Shown: one piece after another, positions 30,303 through 32,000 of the stretch
Layout of the letters: each line of letters opens with the position of its first letter
How positions within the stretch are numbered: position 1 is the stretch's first letter
Assembly (NCBI GenBank): GCA_000091165.1
Contig: FP565575.1
Location: forward strand, 1,860,001-1,892,000
Source: Candidatus Methylomirabilis oxygeniifera
Lineage (GTDB): Bacteria; Methylomirabilota; Methylomirabilia; Methylomirabilales; Methylomirabilaceae
Length of the DNA: 32,000 nt
Direction of reading: 5' to 3'
Notes under the pieces: model-generated
The model's database searches: none
Seen by the model: the letters and a program-made list of their open reading frames with translations, nothing else
What the model was told of the DNA's origin: nothing
Program-made: the position numbers and the translations under genes

Positions 30303-30596
30303 ATGTTCTTGATAAAACTCCTGCCCGAATTTACCGCATGGCTGGACGGTCTGTCCGATGCGTCGGTGCGCGGGGTGGTCGCGGCGCGCATCAAGCGTCT
30401 GGAGCGCGGCTTGATGGGGGACGTGGAGCCGGTCGGCGACGGGGTGTCGGAGTTGCGCATTCATTTCGGTGCGGGCTGGCGCATGTATTTCGTGCAGCGT
30501 GACGGTCAGTTGATTGTGTTGCTCGTCGGTGGCTCCAAGCGTACCCAAAAGACTGACATCAAGCGCGCCAAGGCATTGGCGGCGCTCTTGGACTAA
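30303..30596 (+). CDS. higB: addiction-module killer protein (HigB/RelE-superfamily toxin)
   Basis: FTAWLDGL...RIKRLERGLMGDVEPVGDGVSELRIHFGAGWRMYF...LIVLLVGGSKRTQKTDI is the classic pattern of this killer-protein family. The toxin-first gene order is as in higBA. Confidence 0.88.
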   Translation: MFLIKLLPEFTAWLDGLSDASVRGVVAARIKRLERGLMGDVEPVGDGVSELRIHFGAGWRMYFVQRDGQLIVLLVGGSKRTQKTDIKRAKALAALLD

Positions 30597-30611
30597 GTGA
30601 AGGAGATGACT

Positions 30612-30917
30612 ATGATCCAACGTATCAAAGTAGCTGACTTACCCGAGTTTGATGCCGCGCCGTATCTCGACAGCGAGGCGGCGATTGCGGCTTACCTGAC
30701 GGATATTCTGGAAGCGAACGATTCGGCTTTGCTGGCGTCGGCATTGGGAGACATCGCTCGGGCGCGTGGCATGAGCGAGATTGCCAAGGCATCCGGACTG
30801 ACCCGCGAAGCTTTGTACAAGGCGCTCAGACCCAATGCGAAACCGCGCTACGACACCATCGCGAAGGTCTGTGCGGCGCTCGGGGTGCGGCTGGTGGCAC
30901 AGGCGATTCATGCGTGA
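30612..30917 (+). CDS. higA: addiction-module antidote protein, HigA family (HTH)
   Basis: FDAAPYLDSEAAIAAYL...IARARGMSEIAKASGLTREALYKAL...PRYDTIAKVCAALGVRL. The ATG at 30612 has AGGAG 6 nt upstream. In-frame alternatives are the GTG at 30597 and the ATG at 30606. Confidence 0.87.
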   Translation: MIQRIKVADLPEFDAAPYLDSEAAIAAYLTDILEANDSALLASALGDIARARGMSEIAKASGLTREALYKALRPNAKPRYDTIAKVCAALGVRLVAQAIHA

Positions 30918-31393
30918 GCCTCCAAAGTTGACCGCCCGAGGAGATAGGCGCCACAATGGTGCCTAATGAACGGCTCAACCAGGCAACTACCCGACCGCAA
31001 TGAATGGCTGAATGCCTCCACGCTTTCCCTCGAAAAGGCAGTCCAGACGCCTGCTTCGCCACGAGAAGCCACGAAAAGCGCTTGACCGCCTTCCAGATTT
31101 GGCGTAATAGATCGTTAGTTACCTTTCTTTCCCTTGGAGAGGTGTGTCTGCCGCTTGTCTGCCAGGCAGGGAGGATAGCATGGGGCAATCTCACTAAAAC
31201 GGGGGCAATTCATTGTCCTGCCCTTCCAGGTCATCGAGCAGGTGGACGAGCTGCACGCCGAAAGGCCAGAGGACACGTCACCACAAGGATTGCTTTTTGA
31301 CGAACGCGGGCTATCGTCTGCGTCGCTCAGTTCAAGTCGTAAGACGGCTGCACACGGCTTGCCTGATGAACAGTACCTACACTACCGGGGTCG

Positions 31394-31633
31394 ATGAGGC
31401 TTGAGGTTGTTGGTCCAATTGCAGACGTTGAGGTTATCGCGTCAGGACCAGCAATTCGGGCGCGCTCCTACCTTCGCAAGGCGTATGGTCGAGGTCGATG
31501 GCGGAAGTGAAAGGGTGTTGCCACCGTTCGCCTGCCGAACGGCGCTTTGCGGAGGGTAGAGTTGCGTTGGTATGAAGCGCATGATATTGGTAGGAGAGAC
31601 CTGAGAATCAAACGCTACTTGGAAGACGTATGA
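31394..31633 (+). pseudogene. small conserved hypothetical gene interrupted by an in-frame TGA
   Basis: The hand translation is MRLEVVGPIADVEVIASGPAIRARSYLRKAYGRGRWRK*KGVATVRLPNGALRRVELRWYEAHDIGRRDLRIKRYLEDV. TGA is at 31508-10. The stop overlaps the next ATG (ATGA at 31630-33). The GRWRKxKG...WYEAHGIG pattern is one I recall from uncharacterised small proteins. Confidence 0.5.
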
Positions 31634-31866
31634 AAACGACGATGAAGCCGTTTGCGCTGTGTATCGATAACACAGACTATCAGGCATCACTCATCCTTGG
31701 CAAGGTCTATCATATTCTTCCGGATCCAAAAGCTGCCAAAGATGATCTTGTGCGCATCGTCGATGAGAGCGGCGAAGACTACCTCTATCACAAGGGGCTT
31801 TTTGTCTTTGTGGACTTTCCGAAAGTAGTGAAGAAGAAAATCCTCGCCCTTGCGACTGCTGCCTAA
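31630..31866 (+). CDS. small conserved hypothetical protein (78 aa), partner of the preceding gene
   Basis: CIDNTDYQASLILGKVYHILPDPKAAKDDLVRIVDESGEDYLY has protein-like composition, and the gene is translationally coupled to the upstream gene by ATGA. The antisense ORF at 31687-31971 is rejected. Confidence 0.65.
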   Translation: MKTTMKPFALCIDNTDYQASLILGKVYHILPDPKAAKDDLVRIVDESGEDYLYHKGLFVFVDFPKVVKKKILALATAA

Positions 31867-32000
31867 CTCAAATTCGGACACTATGAATACGGTCAAACGG
31901 CTTGACCGCCCACGGCTGCCATGCGAGAGTCTCTTGGGATTCCGGCTGGTGGTCGCCGGCTGATGTTCCAAGCCGGTCTCGATAACAAGGCTGCCGGCGC

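Noticed and set aside
30927-30979. The imperfect 53-nt palindrome after higA, considered as an attC site.
   Set aside because: It begins with GTTGACC and ends with GCTCAAC. This is the reverse of the RYYYAAC...GTTRRRY order required of attC, and the order stays wrong on either strand.
30918-31393. The ORFs at 31004-31300(+), 30826-31194(-) and 31213-31404(+) in the gap between higA and the two-gene module.
   Set aside because: They mutually overlap, have no SD or family motifs, and give Arg/Cys/His-rich non-protein-like translations. The stretch is probably non-coding or fully decayed.

Overview
GC-rich (hand count about 58-62%) bacterial chromosome segment from a Calvin-cycle autotroph; the organism cannot be named from sequence alone. 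The core backbone is pyrD-nth; a divergent carbon-fixation locus (fbp-rpiA on the minus strand facing cbbL-cbbS-cbbX on the plus strand, followed by an archaeal-type PEP carboxylase and a beta carbonic anhydrase); alr, tRNA-Leu(UAG), tig-clpP-clpX, bamD, rsmA, thiL; and gdh-eno on the minus strand. Four accessory or decayed patches interrupt this backbone. (1) 1.8-3.1 kb holds a minimal nucleotidyltransferase module and degenerate sequence. (2) 3.2-8.5 kb holds a CsgG-family lipoprotein operon with two unrecognised secreted proteins. It runs into a mid-40s %GC patch containing an IS21 istA remnant, a COG1373-type AAA+ ATPase and a small conserved hypothetical. (3) 15.86-17.6 kb holds a broken nucleotidyltransferase gene, a DUF4160/DUF2442 pair and an in-frame internally deleted integron integrase. 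(4) 28.9-32 kb is a toxin-antitoxin island with a RelE-like pair, a HigB/HigA-like pair, a tyrosine-recombinase C-terminal fragment and an uncharacterised two-gene module whose first gene carries an in-frame TGA. The best candidate for an undescribed system is the CsgG-like operon. The ppcA and carbonic anhydrase extension of the cbb operon, the integron relic and the two-gene module are secondary leads. No CRISPR array or rRNA was seen. All family assignments come from reading motifs by eye and were not checked against any database.
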